A stretch of DNA of 64,000 nt from Eledone cirrhosa. Its lineage: Eukaryota. The notes below the pieces were generated by a model that was given only the letters and a program-made list of their open reading frames with translations, was not told the DNA's origin and searched no databases. Below, piece by piece: positions 38,517 to 53,482 of the stretch. The stretch's first letter is position 1; every line of letters starts with the position of its first letter. The DNA lies in assembly GCA_964016885.1 (NCBI GenBank), contig OZ024752.1, positions 42,470,001 to 42,534,000 on the forward strand. The letters are read 5' to 3'. The position numbers and the translations under genes are program-made.

Positions 38517-38680
38517 CCATATGCAGATAGACACATACACACACAACCATATGTAGATAGACACACACAACCATATGCAGAAACACACACACACACACAG
38601 CCATATGCAGATAGACACATACACACAACCATATGTAGAAACAGACACATACACACACACACAGCCATATACAGACACAT
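38430..38680. repeat. CA-derived tandem repeat (ccatatgcagatagac)
   Basis: Directly visible. Confidence 0.9.
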
Positions 38681-40693
38681 ACATGAACATAAGCAGGCAT
38701 GCACACAAACAACCAAATAACACAAAAAACATGCGATGCCATTTTAAAATAGATATAAGAAATACAGAAACCAAAACCCCCATTTGAAATCTTCTCACCC
38801 CACTTAAACTTAAACATTCATATATTTTTAACACTAGTCAGACCATTCCTACTTAGGATGGAACTTTGAACCAGTCAGAATGTAAAGGACCATACATAAC
38901 AACATAAGTTTCTTCTTTAAGCACAAGGCCAGTAATTTTAGGGGAGGAGAAAGTCGATTAAAAATCGATCCCAGCACATTACTGCTGCTTTATTTTATCG
39001 ACCCCGTAAAGATGAAAGGCAAAGTTAACTTCGGCAAGATTTGAAATCAGGATGTAAAGAGCCATAACTAAATAATAATTGTTTCTACTTTTGGCACAAG
39101 GCCAGCAATTACCCCAGTGTATTACTGGTCTAAGAAATAATTGTTTCTACTTTTGGCACAAGACGAGAAATTTGAAGTTAAATGGGCAAAAAAGAGAAAC
39201 TTTCAACATAATTTTATGTAAAATGTTCCAAACACTGTATTAATAATTATTTCTACATTTGGCACAAGGGCAAGAGAAAGTCGATTAAATCAACCCCCAG
39301 TGCATTACTGGTACTTATTTTATCAACCCTGTAAAGATGAAAGGCAAATCTAAACTTGGCAGAATTTGAGATCAGAAAGTAAAGGGACATAGTTATATGC
39401 CACAAAGCATGTTGTCCAATGTTCGACCTACCAAAAAATAATTATAATTTATAATTTTATCGATCCCGTTAAGATGAAAGGCAAAGTTGATCTCAACGGA
39501 ATTTGAATTCATAGTGTAAACTAAAAAAATAATCGACTAGTGTAATTGCCATCAGATTACTAAAGACAAAATGACCATAAGCAAACACTAAGTAGCAAGT
39601 TAACGATCTGAACAATATAGTGTCCACCATTATGAAGAACTGACAATGTAGTAGCTGGTACATGCAGCTGTAAAACAATGGTTTTCTTAATATATGCCTG
39701 ATTTTACGATCCAAAGACTGTCCCTCCGTCCAAGAACCAAGATTACAGACAATAGAAGAACTGCTACGAGCTTCACTTTTTCAAGAATCATCATCTGGCA
39801 CTACACGAGTCACATGATGTGTACAAAAAAAAAAAAAAAAAAAAGAGAAAAATGAAATTTACAGCTCACACTTATGGAGATTTAGCTGGACTTCCATTAG
39901 ATTGCACCTTATAGGGTTTCTTGAGTCTTAATCATACTGACCTCCATCTTTAGTTGTTAGTACACTTCATACCAATGGTGTGAGGTGCAATGGCTGGTCT
40001 ACTATGAGGTGACCTCAGGGGCAGATATCATCATCATCATTTCATTTTACGTCCGCTTTTTCCCTGCTTGCAAGGGTGGGACGGGAACTGATTCTGGCTT
40101 GATTTCTACAGCTGGATGCCCTTCCTAACACCAACCTCATTTACAGTGAGTGCTGGGTGCTTTTTTGCCGTGGCACCTCCACGACCACTTTGCAGTGGAA
40201 TGATAGGGACCCCAGTCCCTATCATCTCATTTCTACAGCTGAGTAAACTGGAGCAATATGAAATAAAGTGTCTTGCTCAAGGAAACAACACATCACCCGG
40301 TCTGAGAATTGAACTCACAACCTTTCGATTGCAAGGCCAATGCTCTAACCACTAAGCCATGTGCCTCCATATATATATATATATATATATACAACGAAGA
40401 AGGTGCCACGGTAAAAAAAAAGCACCCAGCCCACATTGTAAAGTGGACGTGTAGGTGCCATGGAAAAAAAAGCACCCAGCCCACATTGTAAAGTGGACGT
40501 GTAGGTGCCATGGAAAAAAAAGCACCCAGCACTCACTGTAAATGAGGTTGGTGTTAGGAAGGGCATCCAGCTGTAGAAATCAAGCCAGAATCAGTTCCCG
40601 TCCCACCTTTGCAAGCAGGGAAAAGCGGACGTAAAATGATGATGATGATGATATATATATATTTATTTATGTATAGGCGTACATCTTCATATG

Positions 40694-40724
<31 letters not shown>

Positions 40725-40936
40725 GTGTGTGTTTGAAGGCATGTGGCTGAGTGGTTAGAGAATTGGATTCACAATCTTGAGGTTGTGAGTTCGATTCCTG
40801 GACTGGGCGATGCATTATGTCCTTGAGCAAGACACTTTATTTCATGTTGGAGTTGCGACCAATAGATAGTACTAGCAACTGGAAAGACCAACGGAAACAT
40901 TATTTCCTCGGTCCGATTAGACGAAAGTTGATCAAT

Positions 40937-40970
<34 letters not shown>

Positions 40971-40994
<24 letters not shown>

Positions 40995-41525
40995 GAAATT
41001 ATTGTGTAAAGTGCTCAGGTGCACTACAACTCGTCAAAGGTGCATGTATAGTACATAGAATAATATACAAATGTGAGGGAACTGAATAGTGTACGAGCCG
41101 TGATATACATGTGGAGGGGGAACATTAGGTGTAGTGTTGGCGAATCGCAGGAAGCATGGAGGTTTTAAAGGATGCAGTGTCTCGACAGCTAACAACCGAT
41201 GCAGGTAGTTTGTTCCATGGAGGCCTTAAAGGATGCAGTGTCTCGACAGCTAACAACCGATGCAGGTAGTTTGTTCCATGGAGGCCTTAAAGGATGCAGT
41301 GTCTCGACAGCTAACAACCGATGCAGGTAGTTTGTTCCATGCTTCAGCAACTGAGCGTGAAAAAATGTTTCCGAAAGTCATGGGAACTGTGCTGTTTTTT
41401 GACTTTTTGGGCATGCCCACGTGTGTTAGACACATGGAAATCAAAAAGGTGCTCAGGGTTGTTGTTGGCAAGATGGTTAATAATTTTGTGGGTGTTTACC
41501 AAGTCAGTTGCAAGGCGTTCAGAGT
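40971..41525 (-). mobile_element. CR1/Jockey-like LINE 3' end with an internal ~62-bp tandem triplication
   Basis: FSRSVAEAWNKLPASVVSCRDTASFKASM; (tta)n tail at ~40971-40995; repeats at ~41154-41340. Confidence 0.75.
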
Positions 41526-41685
41526 ATGGTAGATGCTATATATATCTTTATCCCTAATTTTATGTATGTGAGCATCTACGTATATTTGATTCTGTGTGAA
41601 AATGAATTTTTTCCCATTATTTGATTTCAACCTCACTTTCATTTATAATAGATTTTAATTTCATATCTTATATCCAAATAAAGAT

Positions 41686-41756
41686 TTCTATCTGATGAAC
41701 GGATTCAGACGCCTCCCTTAGTATCATCTGACTCCGTGAAACCTTGAGTAATGGAA
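41686..41756 (+). ncRNA. Type I hammerhead ribozyme (distinct family)
   Basis: ttctat-CTGATGA-acggattcaga...tctgactccgt-GAAA-c cttga g-TA-atggaa; GUA cleavage triplet. Confidence 0.7.
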
Positions 41757-41789
41757 TAATTATACTGTGTTTATTACATAATTAAATAT

Positions 41790-42003
41790 ACACAAGAAAT
41801 CTCAGTAGAAGGAAGACGCAGTAGAGGAAGACCACGAAAAACATGGGTGGAGGTGGTGAGAGCTGACCTCAGATCGCTGAAGTTCACGGAGGAGATGACG
41901 AAGGACCGTGACAAGTGGAGAGATGCTGTGCTGCATAGGACCTGTCCCACCCTTGCAAGCAGGGAAAAGCGGACGTAAAATGATGATAATGATGATGATG
42001 ATG
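41790..42003 (+). mobile_element. RTE LINE 3' end (likely partner of the CORE SINE)
   Basis: VEGRRSRGRPRKTWVEVVRADL...DRDKWR, ending gtcccacccttgcaagcagggaaaagcggacgtaaaatgatg. Confidence 0.85.
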
Positions 42004-42203
42004 ATATATATATATATATACACACACATATATCATCGTTTAACGTCTATCTTCCACGCTAGCATGGGTTAGACGGGAATTGTCCCATTTGAGGCAAGAT
42101 TGGTCGAGTGACCGTGTCTCGCTCGTATGGGACTGTCTGGCCGGTTTTCTACGGCTAGATGCCCCTCCTAACACCAACCACATTTATAGCATGGACAGTA
42201 TTT

Positions 42204-42240
<37 letters not shown>

Positions 42241-43646
42241 ACACACTATGGTGATAGTATTTTTAAAAGCATTGTGATTAACTGTAGTTTTATAAACAAC
42301 CAATTTGAGATCTCAAGCCAATATAATCTATTTAGTGTCATTCCAAAGAATCCTTGTTTCTAAACCATCTATAAAAATATATTTTCATATGTTTCTACTT
42401 TTGGCACAAAGCCAGCAATTACCCCAGTGCATTACTGGTGATTTATTTTATCGACCCCATAGGGATGAAAGGCAAAGTTAATCACGGCGGGGTTTGAACC
42501 CGGACCGTAAAGGGTCGTAACTCCATGCTGCAAAGCATGGCATCCGACTCTCTACCGATACTGCCATTATAATATAATGCAACTTTATAATATAATTAAT
42601 AATCACAACTTCCAAAACACCAATATATAAATGAATATATATTAATTATATATAAATATATTTATTATATGCTAACTCTTAGCATCCTGTAGGGATTTGG
42701 CAAAAATGTCTAAAAACAGATTTGTTAATTCAAGAGATTGTTGAGCAAATTTGCAGTGCTAGAGCAAAAGACTTTAATTTTCAACTCGTATCATGCTGTA
42801 ATGATTTAGCAAAAATTACCTAAAAACAAGTTTGTTAACCCTTTAGCATTTAAACTGGCCATATCTTGCCAGAATTCTCTCACCTCTTTCTGTTCAAACG
42901 GCCACTCATACTGACGTTAAGGTTTTGTTCTCAAAATAAATAATATCAAAATTTTATACATTCGATACAGTGTGAGATAAAGTGTTTAGTGTGAAAATAA
43001 AATAGTAATGTAAATGCTAAAAGGTTAATTCAAATGTTTGTAGAATTTTTACAAGTGGATAGATTAATTTTTAATGTGATGCAGTCATAGTACTGTTTTG
43101 TAGCTTTCAAGAATGTCTTGATACACTTTCAGACAATACAGGATGTTAAGAGTTAAAGAAAAAAATATATTCTTAAATGATTTATAAAAGAAAAAAAAAA
43201 ATGCTTCATCTTATATATAAAATGTTTATATTCTGAATGATATATTTATATATATATATATATATAAAAAAAAAAAACAGGATGAAATAAAACCATTGAG
43301 GAAAGTAAAAAAAAAATGGTTTTGTTGTTTATAATTATTGATAAATAAATAATTTATAAATAAAAGCAATTTTAGGTAAAGGGAAAAATATAAGTGTAGG
43401 AAGAAGAAATTAAAATTCAATATGTTCAAATTTTGCTTTTAAAAATTTGTAATTAAATTCTGGTTTTAGAGATCAATATCATTTATATACACACATACAC
43501 ACACCACACAGAGTGTATAAAGTGAAATTATATATACTTAGTGTATACATGTTAATTATACACACACACACACACGGAGTGTAATGCACATAGTGTATAA
43601 ACTGAAATTATGCACATACACACTGACAAGCATATAAACTGAAATT

Positions 43647-43691
<45 letters not shown>

Positions 43692-44304
43692 ATTATTTTG
43701 TTTCAGTAAAATATATACTCTATATATAAATGTATTCAATCATCATTTTATGCCCACTTTCCATAATATCTTATCTTGGATAGGTCATCTGTAAAGTGTT
43801 AGCGTTAGTGCCAAAACAAAATTCATACAATACACCCTGTTAAGTGGTAATACTGGCTTCACAATATAACGCACCCAGCACACTCTGTAAAGTGGTTAAT
43901 GTTAAGTTAGGCAGGACATCCAGCATAAAAGAAACCATGTCAAAGAGTTGAGCAGACTCTTCTGTTGTGTCAACGACATGAGAACATCTCTGGTACTAGT
44001 GCCCTGATAAATTGCACTCTATAAGTAGCTGACGATAGGACATCCAGTTGTAGAAAACATACTCAAACAGAAATGTGAGAGATCAAGGCAGACAGTAGCT
44101 CCAATTAAGTACTGACTTGGCCTGTGACAACCTAACCAACCCATGCCAGTATGAAAAAGAGGACACATGAGGATGATGATGCATGGTTTGTCATGACCAG
44201 AGTGGACACTTCAGATGTGTCAAAAGCAAGAAAACTTCTCTAGTGTTGGTGTTATGATAAAATATACTTAACCCACTCTGTAAGTGATAGTATTGGAGTT
44301 ATGA

Positions 44305-44715
44305 TAAAATGTACCCAGTACACTCTGTAAAGCGGCAGTGCTGTTGTCACAATAAAATGCACCCAGTACACTCTGTAAAGTGGCAGTGCTGTTGTCACAA
44401 TAAAATGTACCCAGTACACTCTGTAAAGTGGCAGTGCTGTTGTCACAATAAAAAGTACCCAGTACACTCTGTAAAGAGGCAGTGTTGTTGTCACAATAAA
44501 ATGTACCCAGTACACTTTGCAAAGTGGCAGTGCTGTTGTCACAATAAAATGCACCCAGTACACTCTGTAAAGTGACAGTGCTGTTGTCACAATAAAATGC
44601 ACCCAGTACACTTTGCAAAGTGGCAGTGCTGTTGTCACAATAAAATGCACCCAGTACACTCTGTAAAGTGACAGTGCTGTGGTCATAATAAAATGCACCC
44701 AGTACACACTGTAAA
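44305..44715. repeat. 48-bp tandem repeat, ~8.5 copies, SINE-segment derived
   Basis: aaaatgcacccagtacactctgtaaagtggcagtgctgttgtcacaat. Confidence 0.95.
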
Positions 44716-45381
44716 ATAGTTGGCATTAGAGAAGGCATTAAGTTGTAGAAACCATAACGTATGAATAATCGGTCATCCAGTGTATCTGATTTCAAAATGT
44801 CACATGTCCATCCCATACCAGCATGGAAAAGAGGACATTAAATGGTGGTGATGGTGATGATGTCTATTAAGACCAACTGAACAAAGTTATTACAACATGA
44901 TCGCCACTAGTACAGCCTGAAATAACATCTCCAAAACCTACTGTCTCTCTAGTTATTTGAATAGAAATCTCCTTTCTAGTAGTGTTGGTATTGAAAACTT
45001 AGGCATACCAGCCTGACACATGTGTCTGCTATTTAAACCTGGTGGAGTTCATCCATCTCCAGGTTAGAGCATAGACAATTTCATCAAGAGAATGAAAGTG
45101 CATGAGAGAGGGAGAAAAAGTAAGAGAGAGATATGGAGGGAGACTCAATCCCAGTACTGAATCCTTTAGCATTTAAACTAGCCATATCCAGTCAGAATTC
45201 TCTCACCTCTTTCTGTTCAAACTGGCCCCAACCGGCCCCTTCATATCGACGTTAAGGTATTGTTCTCAAGATAAATAATATCAAAATCTCGTAGTTTCGA
45301 TATTATGCGAGATAATTATGCAAGATAAAGCCTTTACTGTGAAAATATAATAGAAAATATAAAGTAAAGGATTAATTAATG

Positions 45382-45840
45382 ACCAACCTTGAAAGGATGA
45401 AAGACAACTGTATGACGTCTGTGTGTGAAGTGAGATGCTATATGCTAGTGAAACATGGGCTGTAACTGTGGCGGATATGCGTAGACTGGAAAGAAGTGAA
45501 GCAACTATGTGCTGTTGGATGGGCAATGAAAATGAGAGAGTTGGGCAGAGCTTGAACAAGTTAAAAGAGAAGTTGGCTGGGTTTAAGAAGAATTTGAGGT
45601 GGTATGCAAGAGAGAAGACTGTGTTGGTTTGGACATGTAATGCGCATGGACAATGATTGTTGGAGGAAGTTCCAGGAAATGCCAGTGGAAGGAAGTCACG
45701 GTAGAGATAGAGCAAGAAAAAGCTGGGCAGAGACTATGAGAGCTGGCCTCAAATCACTGACAAAGGAAATGACAAAGGATCGTGACGTGAGGAAGCATAG
45801 AAAAGCAGGCAAAAAAAACAATGGCGGTGATGATGATGCA
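45382..45840 (+). mobile_element. RTE LINE fragment
   Basis: MLYASETWAVT, ERRLCWFGHVMRM motifs. Confidence 0.8.
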
Positions 45841-46814
45841 GAAAACCAGAAGAAATATCAAAGTATTTAATCCAAATTCCTAATAACTTACTATGTTTAA
45901 GATAATTAAACCAAAATGAATATTATTGTGAAGTAGAAACAAATATTTACTTCTACTTTCATAATATTTAGGACTCTTTCTTTTCTCATATGATATCCAT
46001 TGAAATAAATGTACACACATTCATCATACACAACACATACATACATACACAACATGCACACATATCCTAATAGATGGTTTTAGTTGGACTTCATGGAACT
46101 AATAGTTTCATAGTTTATCATGTCTACGTCCCAGCTTCAAAAACTAACCAACAGCTATATTTTATCAGCACTAGAATCTACTAGATTCATGATATTCAAC
46201 TAAAACATTGTTCTAAATTATAACTCACCTCTAGTTTACATAACAAGGGTTCATTCTTTTATGATACGAAATCACACTCAAGCAAAGTAACTATATATTA
46301 TATATATGTATGTATGTAAACGTCATACAAAATTGTGTGTTTTGCAGTTCAGAGGCTATGAATTAATGTTTTGTTTCTCATTCCTTACTCTTTTGGACAG
46401 CGTTTGGCTTATGCTAGACAGTGACCCCAGGTGGACCACCAGTACAGTTGGTAGGGGTCGAAACTGACCAAATCCATCTCAACGGTCAATGACCATGGAG
46501 TTCTGTGTCCGTTTGTATATTTATTTTAACCCTTTAGCCTTTAAACTGGCCAGAATTCTCTCACCTCTTTCTGTTCAAACCGGCTGTAACTGGCCACTCG
46601 TACTGATGTCAAGGTATTGTTCTCAAAATAAATATCATCAAAATCTCATAGATTCAATAATATGTGAGATAATTATGTGAGGTAAAGCCATTACTATGAA
46701 AATATAATAGTAAATATATGTGAAAGCAAAGGGTTAAAAAAATAATTTTTAAAGTTTCCCCCTTAAAAAATTGTTTTTCGTCTTGTTTTTCTTTGTTAAT
46801 TTTCTTGAGTTTTT

Positions 46815-46851
<37 letters not shown>

Positions 46852-47152
46852 CTTGAGAAAATTGTCTGTGATTGTGTACTGGGTAATATTGTATGTTATC
46901 AATATACATTGGACATCAAGCCTAATTTATTGCTGTGTGTAATCAACCTTCATAAATTGGATTTATATGGCCTATATATATGTGTGCATGTGCGTGCGTG
47001 CCTGTATATAATATACATGTGTGTGTATATATATAGACACACACACAATTCTTTTCACACCCTCATATACATAGAGAGAGAGGGACATACACTTTCTTGA
47101 ACATCCACATTATATATATATATACAATATATTAATAAATGGAAACTATATT

Positions 47153-47217
47153 TATTTCATTATAGATATTTCAAAGACACCAAAGCAAATTATGGTGCGC
47201 TTTCATCAGATAAAATA
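47153..47217 (-). ncRNA. Hammerhead ribozyme, inverted copy
   Basis: Reverse complement of 47331-47395 with core intact. Confidence 0.65.
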
Positions 47218-47330
47218 TAATATAGATCAGTTTTATAAACAAATATTGACATACCCTTAAAAGACCAACAGACATGGTCGCATTCTTTTAAGGGTATGTC
47301 AATATTTGTTTATAAAACTGATCTATATTA

Positions 47331-47395
47331 TATTTTATCTGATGAAAGCGCACCATAATTTGCTTTGGTGTCCTTGAAATATGTATAATGAAATA
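47331..47395 (+). ncRNA. Minimal type I hammerhead ribozyme
   Basis: tattttat-CTGATGA-aagcgcacca...tggtgtcctt-GAAA-tatgta-TA-atgaaata. Confidence 0.7.
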
Positions 47396-47524
47396 AATAT
47401 GGTTTTATAAATATGGTTTCCATTTATTAATATATCGTATTTTTACTCCAAAAATTTGTTGAGTGCTTTATATCAGTTATAAAAATATTTGCTTGTTGTA
47501 TCCCAACAAATTAAATATAACTTC

Positions 47525-48408
<884 letters not shown>

Positions 48409-48714
48409 CATCATCAATTTACATCCGCTTTTCCCTGCTTGCAAGGGTGGGACAGGAACCGATTCTGGCTTGATTTCTACAGCTGGATGCCCTTCCTAAC
48501 ACCAACCTCATTTACAGTGAGTGGTGGGTGCTTTTTTTCCGTGGCACCTCTATGACCCCCCAGTCCCTATCATCTCATTTCTACAGCTGAGTAAACTGGA
48601 ACAATGTGAAATAAAGTGTCTTGCTCAAGGAAACAACACATCACCCGGTCTGAGAATTGAACTCACAACCTTTCGATTGCAAGGCCAATGCTCTAACCAC
48701 TAAGCCATGTGCCT

Positions 48715-48781
<67 letters not shown>

Positions 48782-49847
48782 TGTAATAAACAACATAAGA
48801 TAATTATTTCATTTATCAGTGGTTTCTTGAAAGCATAATTATCTTATATTGTTTATTACATAACTACTAAGCTCTGTACCCTACATAGAGCACTCTTTTA
48901 TCCTGTACCTTTCCGACGGAATTACTTCATTTATATATATATATATATATATATATACATAAATTATCATCATCATCATCATCATCATCATCTTCGTTTA
49001 ACGTCCATTTTCCACGCTATCATGGGTTAGACAACCTGTCCTGTTTTGAGACAGACATGGTCAGCCAAATTAGCTTGTCTCACAACAGGCCAGCTAGTCT
49101 AACTCATGCTAGCATGGAAAATGGATGTTAAATGGGGATGATGATATATATGTGTGTGTGTGTGTGGTGTGTGTACGTGTGTCTCTATATAATATATATG
49201 GAGGGTGTGCAAAGAAATGTGTATATAATATATACATATATGGGTGTACAAGTAAATGTGTTTGCCTAAATACATAATGTATTTATATATGGGGGGTGTT
49301 CAAGTGTCTGAGTAAGTCTATATATAGTCATCATCACCACCGTTTTACGTCCGTTCTTCCACGCTAGCATGGGTTAGACGGGTTGTCCTGTTGTGGGCAG
49401 TGTCTGGTCGGCTGACCATGCCTTGCTCATACAGGAACTGATTTGGCTTGATTTCTACAGCTGGATGCCCTTCAAGAATGTTTTACTAATGTGGCTGAGA
49501 ATTTGAAGTATTAGAATCATCATCATCATCATCATCATTTTACATCCGCTTTTTCCCTGCTTGCAAGGGTGGGACGGGAACTGATTCTGGCTTGATTTCT
49601 ACAGCTGGATGCCTTTCCTAACACCAACCTCATTTACAGTGAGTGCTGGGTGCTTTTTAGTAGGCAAATATCCAAACACCCTTAACAAGCTGAGGCAGAC
49701 ACACATTTTTTTTTTTTTTACAGCGAGAGCATGTTTTATCTTCGTAATATAAAATAAAAAATGCGTTGTAATGTGCGCAATTAGTTGTGTGACCCACAGA
49801 CAACACATGCGAGCCATGTGGTCCTTGGGGGGACCCTCAGTTTGAAG

Positions 49848-49890
<43 letters not shown>

Positions 49891-50695
49891 TATTATAAAG
49901 AGTTATCACCCCAACGGCTGAAATCTTGCCGTAGCAACAACCAGTTCCAGTGTCTTTATAATATAACCATACTCTACTACCCCCAAGTATTGAGTACTCC
50001 GTTGAGTAATGGTCTAACCAGTTTCTAACTGAATTGATATATATATAGTAAAGTGGCTGTGTAGGCTTCACAAAAAGCACCCAGTACACACTGTAAATGA
50101 GAAAGGGCATCCTGCTGTAGCAACCAAGCTAAAATCAGTTCTGTATGAGCAAGACATGGTCACCTGACCTGGCATTGCCCACAACAGGACAACACGTCTA
50201 ACCCATGCTAGTGTGGAAGAATGGACGTAAAACAGTAATGAATTAAAGAATTTTTTTTTTTTTTTGTTATGACCATGCTGTAAAATGGAGGGGTAGAGGA
50301 CCCATGAGTCCAGTAAGACATCCTCTCTAGTGCTGGTGGCACGAATAAAAGCACCCAGTCCATGCTGTAAAGTGGCACTGGTGTCAGGAAGGGCATCCAA
50401 CCAGTGTATCAATGCCAAAATAATTATGAGCACAGCAACAAATATTACGTTCCACCCTTGCAAGCAGGGAAAAGAGGACGTAAAATGATGATGATGGTGT
50501 GCCCTCCGAAATATATATCATCATCATCGTTTAACGTCTATCTTCCACGCTAGCATGGGTTTAGACGGGTATTGTTCCACGTGAGGCAAGATTGGTTGTC
50601 TTGCTCGTATAGGACTATATCTGGCAGGTTTTCTACGGTTGGATACCCTTCCTAACACCAACCACATTTACAGTGTGGATATATATACACACACA

Positions 50696-50751
<56 letters not shown>

Positions 50752-51147
50752 CAAAATTGTCTGTCTGTATGCAGGCAATACATTTCCACAGTTTCGGTCC
50801 GATTTTGTCCAAATTTAACACACAAGTTATTTAGCTCCCAGAACATGTCAACATATAGTTTAAATCTTGCTCTTCTCTAAAATACCAGAGTTCTGGAGCT
50901 ATTTAAAGAGAGCCATGTTGACAAGAGAGGAATGAGGTTCTATTTACAGTAGTAAAAGGTGTGTCCGACAACTGCAGGCCCTTTTGTTAGTAAATATACA
51001 TCTAATGAGCGAAATAGACAATATTGTCTAGGGTCCTGAAACCTTTGGTAATGGATTAATTATATATTGTGTTTACTTTCTAATTAAATAACTCTGTATC
51101 ATACATAGAGCACTCTTTTTTCCTTTGCTTTTTCTTCGGAAATACTT

Positions 51148-51181
<34 letters not shown>

Positions 51182-51685
51182 AATGACAGGCATCACTTGC
51201 AATCAATAGTATTTACCATGCTTTTGCTTAAAGTTTTAGGAGCCGATGTGGTCAGAAACAGACAGCGACCTCTTAATCCTCCCTCCCTCCTTTGATCCAA
51301 TGAATCATCCAAGATGTACACCCTGGAAGGGAAGAGGACTGCATTAGCACTAAGCTTGTACTTAGTTTATCGACCTCGAAAGGATGAAAAACAAAGCAGA
51401 CCTTTGATGATTTGAATTCGGAATGCTGAGACCCAGAATACATAGACAATGCTCTAGCGAATCTGTCAAACCAAACAACTCAGAATGTGTCCGAGTGTGT
51501 GCATGAAAATATATTTGCTTTTTGAAAAGCCTCCACATTACAGATGAACTATAAACAATAGTCAAATAATTTGGACAAAGTACGCCAGGAGACAGAAAAA
51601 GTGGACAAAACCAACCACATGCAGGAATCAAACTATGTATCAGTCATATACTGGGCAAATATATATATATATGTGTGTGTTTGTG

Positions 51686-51719
<34 letters not shown>

Positions 51720-53286
51720 AGTGTGTGGATTGGGTCAAGTATGAAATTTGTTGAAAAAAAAACAAATTTCTACAAATTTCATATATGTGTGTGTGTATAT
51801 ATATAATAGAAAGAGAGAGAATTGAGAAAGAGAGAGAGACAGACAGACAATGCAAGTGACAAAAAAGAACCAAAAAAAAAAAGAAAAAGAAAAAATGTAT
51901 GGTTATAAAGATATTTCCAAGGACTTTTTCTTTTTTTTTATATATAATAAATATTTTCTTAAAAATAGGAAAAGACAACCAAATGCTTGAATGCAAAAAA
52001 ATTAAAGATTTAAAGAAAAAATTATAAAGGGTGTCTTTAAAAAAAAAAAAAAAACATTTTAATAACCCTTTCGTGACCGTATTTCTAATAGAATACACTT
52101 ATATTTAATTAATTAATTAAAAAATTAGGGTGGGAGATTTATTTAAACTATTACATTACTAAGTGACTTAGCAAAAGATTTTTAGGAAATTATGATATAA
52201 ATAGGAACATTTTAAAATTGTTGATTTTGTTTCGTAGAACCAGAGAAGGTTTTGGCTAGGTTGGTAACAAATGAGTTAATGAAGAATTTTGAAGGTTTTA
52301 CTAAAATCATTAATTATTTCATTACTTAATATGTATATTGTTATTGTATATAATTATATTTTTTATGTTTAAGATTTTAATTTAAATAAGGACTCTTTAA
52401 AATGTGTGGTTTTGTTTCAGAGAACCAGGGCCTGATTTGACCAGGTTGATATCAAAGGGTTAATCCTTTGATGAAATATACTCTAGTCCATTTAATAATT
52501 TACTAATTATTTCATTATTAAGACAGTAACTTAACATAGCTTTCATATAAAATTATGTTGAAAGAATTAAATTTAAATAGAAACCCTTTAAAATAGAGGG
52601 TTTTGTTTCATAAGCCAATTTTTGGCTGGTAACGAAAGGGTTAATGATATCATAAAAATTATAATTAACACACACACAGAAAAGCAATAAATAGCTAATA
52701 TGAATTGGAATAAATTTATGAAATATAATAAACACCATGTTGTTGTTTCTAAATAATGTAAGAAATCCTAGTTTGTATAATAAATATAATTCAACGGAAT
52801 ATATATTTTTTCGGTAATGTAAATAATTTTATTTTTATTTCAATGTAAACAACCCCTTCAACTTCCCAATATAAGAATTGAAATAATATATATTATATAA
52901 AGTATGATGATGATGATGATAATAATAATTTCTGATGTAGGCACAAGGCCAACAATTTAGGGGGAGAGGGGAAAGTCAATTAAATCGACCCCAGTACCTT
53001 ACTGGTACTTTATTTTATCAACCCCGTAAGGATGAAAGGTAAAGTTAACCAAGGCTGGACTTGAACCCAGAACGTAAAGGGACGTAACTATATACCACAA
53101 AGCATGTTGTCTGATGCTCTACCGATACTGCCAATCAACAGCGAAGAACCTAGCGGTATAAAGTCAACTTTGTAAGAGAGAGATTGTTGTTGTTATTAAT
53201 ATTATTATTGAGTCACGTGTTTGACTGGAGAAACACATGAACAAATATGTCCCAGCTACAGCAACCAGCAGTATCAAGAACTACAT

Positions 53287-53482
53287 TAACCCTTTAGCAA
53301 TCAAACTGGCCGCATCTCTTTCTGTTCAAACTGGCTGTAACCTGCTACTCATACTAATGTTAAGGTATTGTTCTCAAAATAAATAATATAAAAATCTCAT
53401 AGATTTGATATTATGTGAGGTAAAGCCTTTACAGTGAAAATACAATAGTATATATAGAGTAATGTAAATGCTAAAGGGTTAA
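53287..53482. mobile_element. piggyBac-type MITE, representative copy (others ~17272-17460, 17677-17938, 35737-36388, 37955-38100, 42835-43028, 45160-45375, 46525-46738, 54108-54485)
   Basis: ttaa-ccctttagca ... tgctaaaggg-ttaa; CCC/GGG termini with TTAA target; ~200 bp, many copies. Confidence 0.82.

Larger units (their letters stand above)
47130..47520. mobile_element. Penelope-like inverted terminal-repeat remnant
   Basis: Arms ~47130-47264 / 47284-47432 with hammerheads; tail ttgttgagtgctttatatcagttata shared with 5880-5945 and 31440-31505. Confidence 0.7.

Noticed and set aside
46410-46495. Hammerhead-like gacccc...ggggtc-GAAA-ctgacc...ggtca fold
   Set aside because: No CUGANGA core and no valid NUH; at most a decayed remnant.
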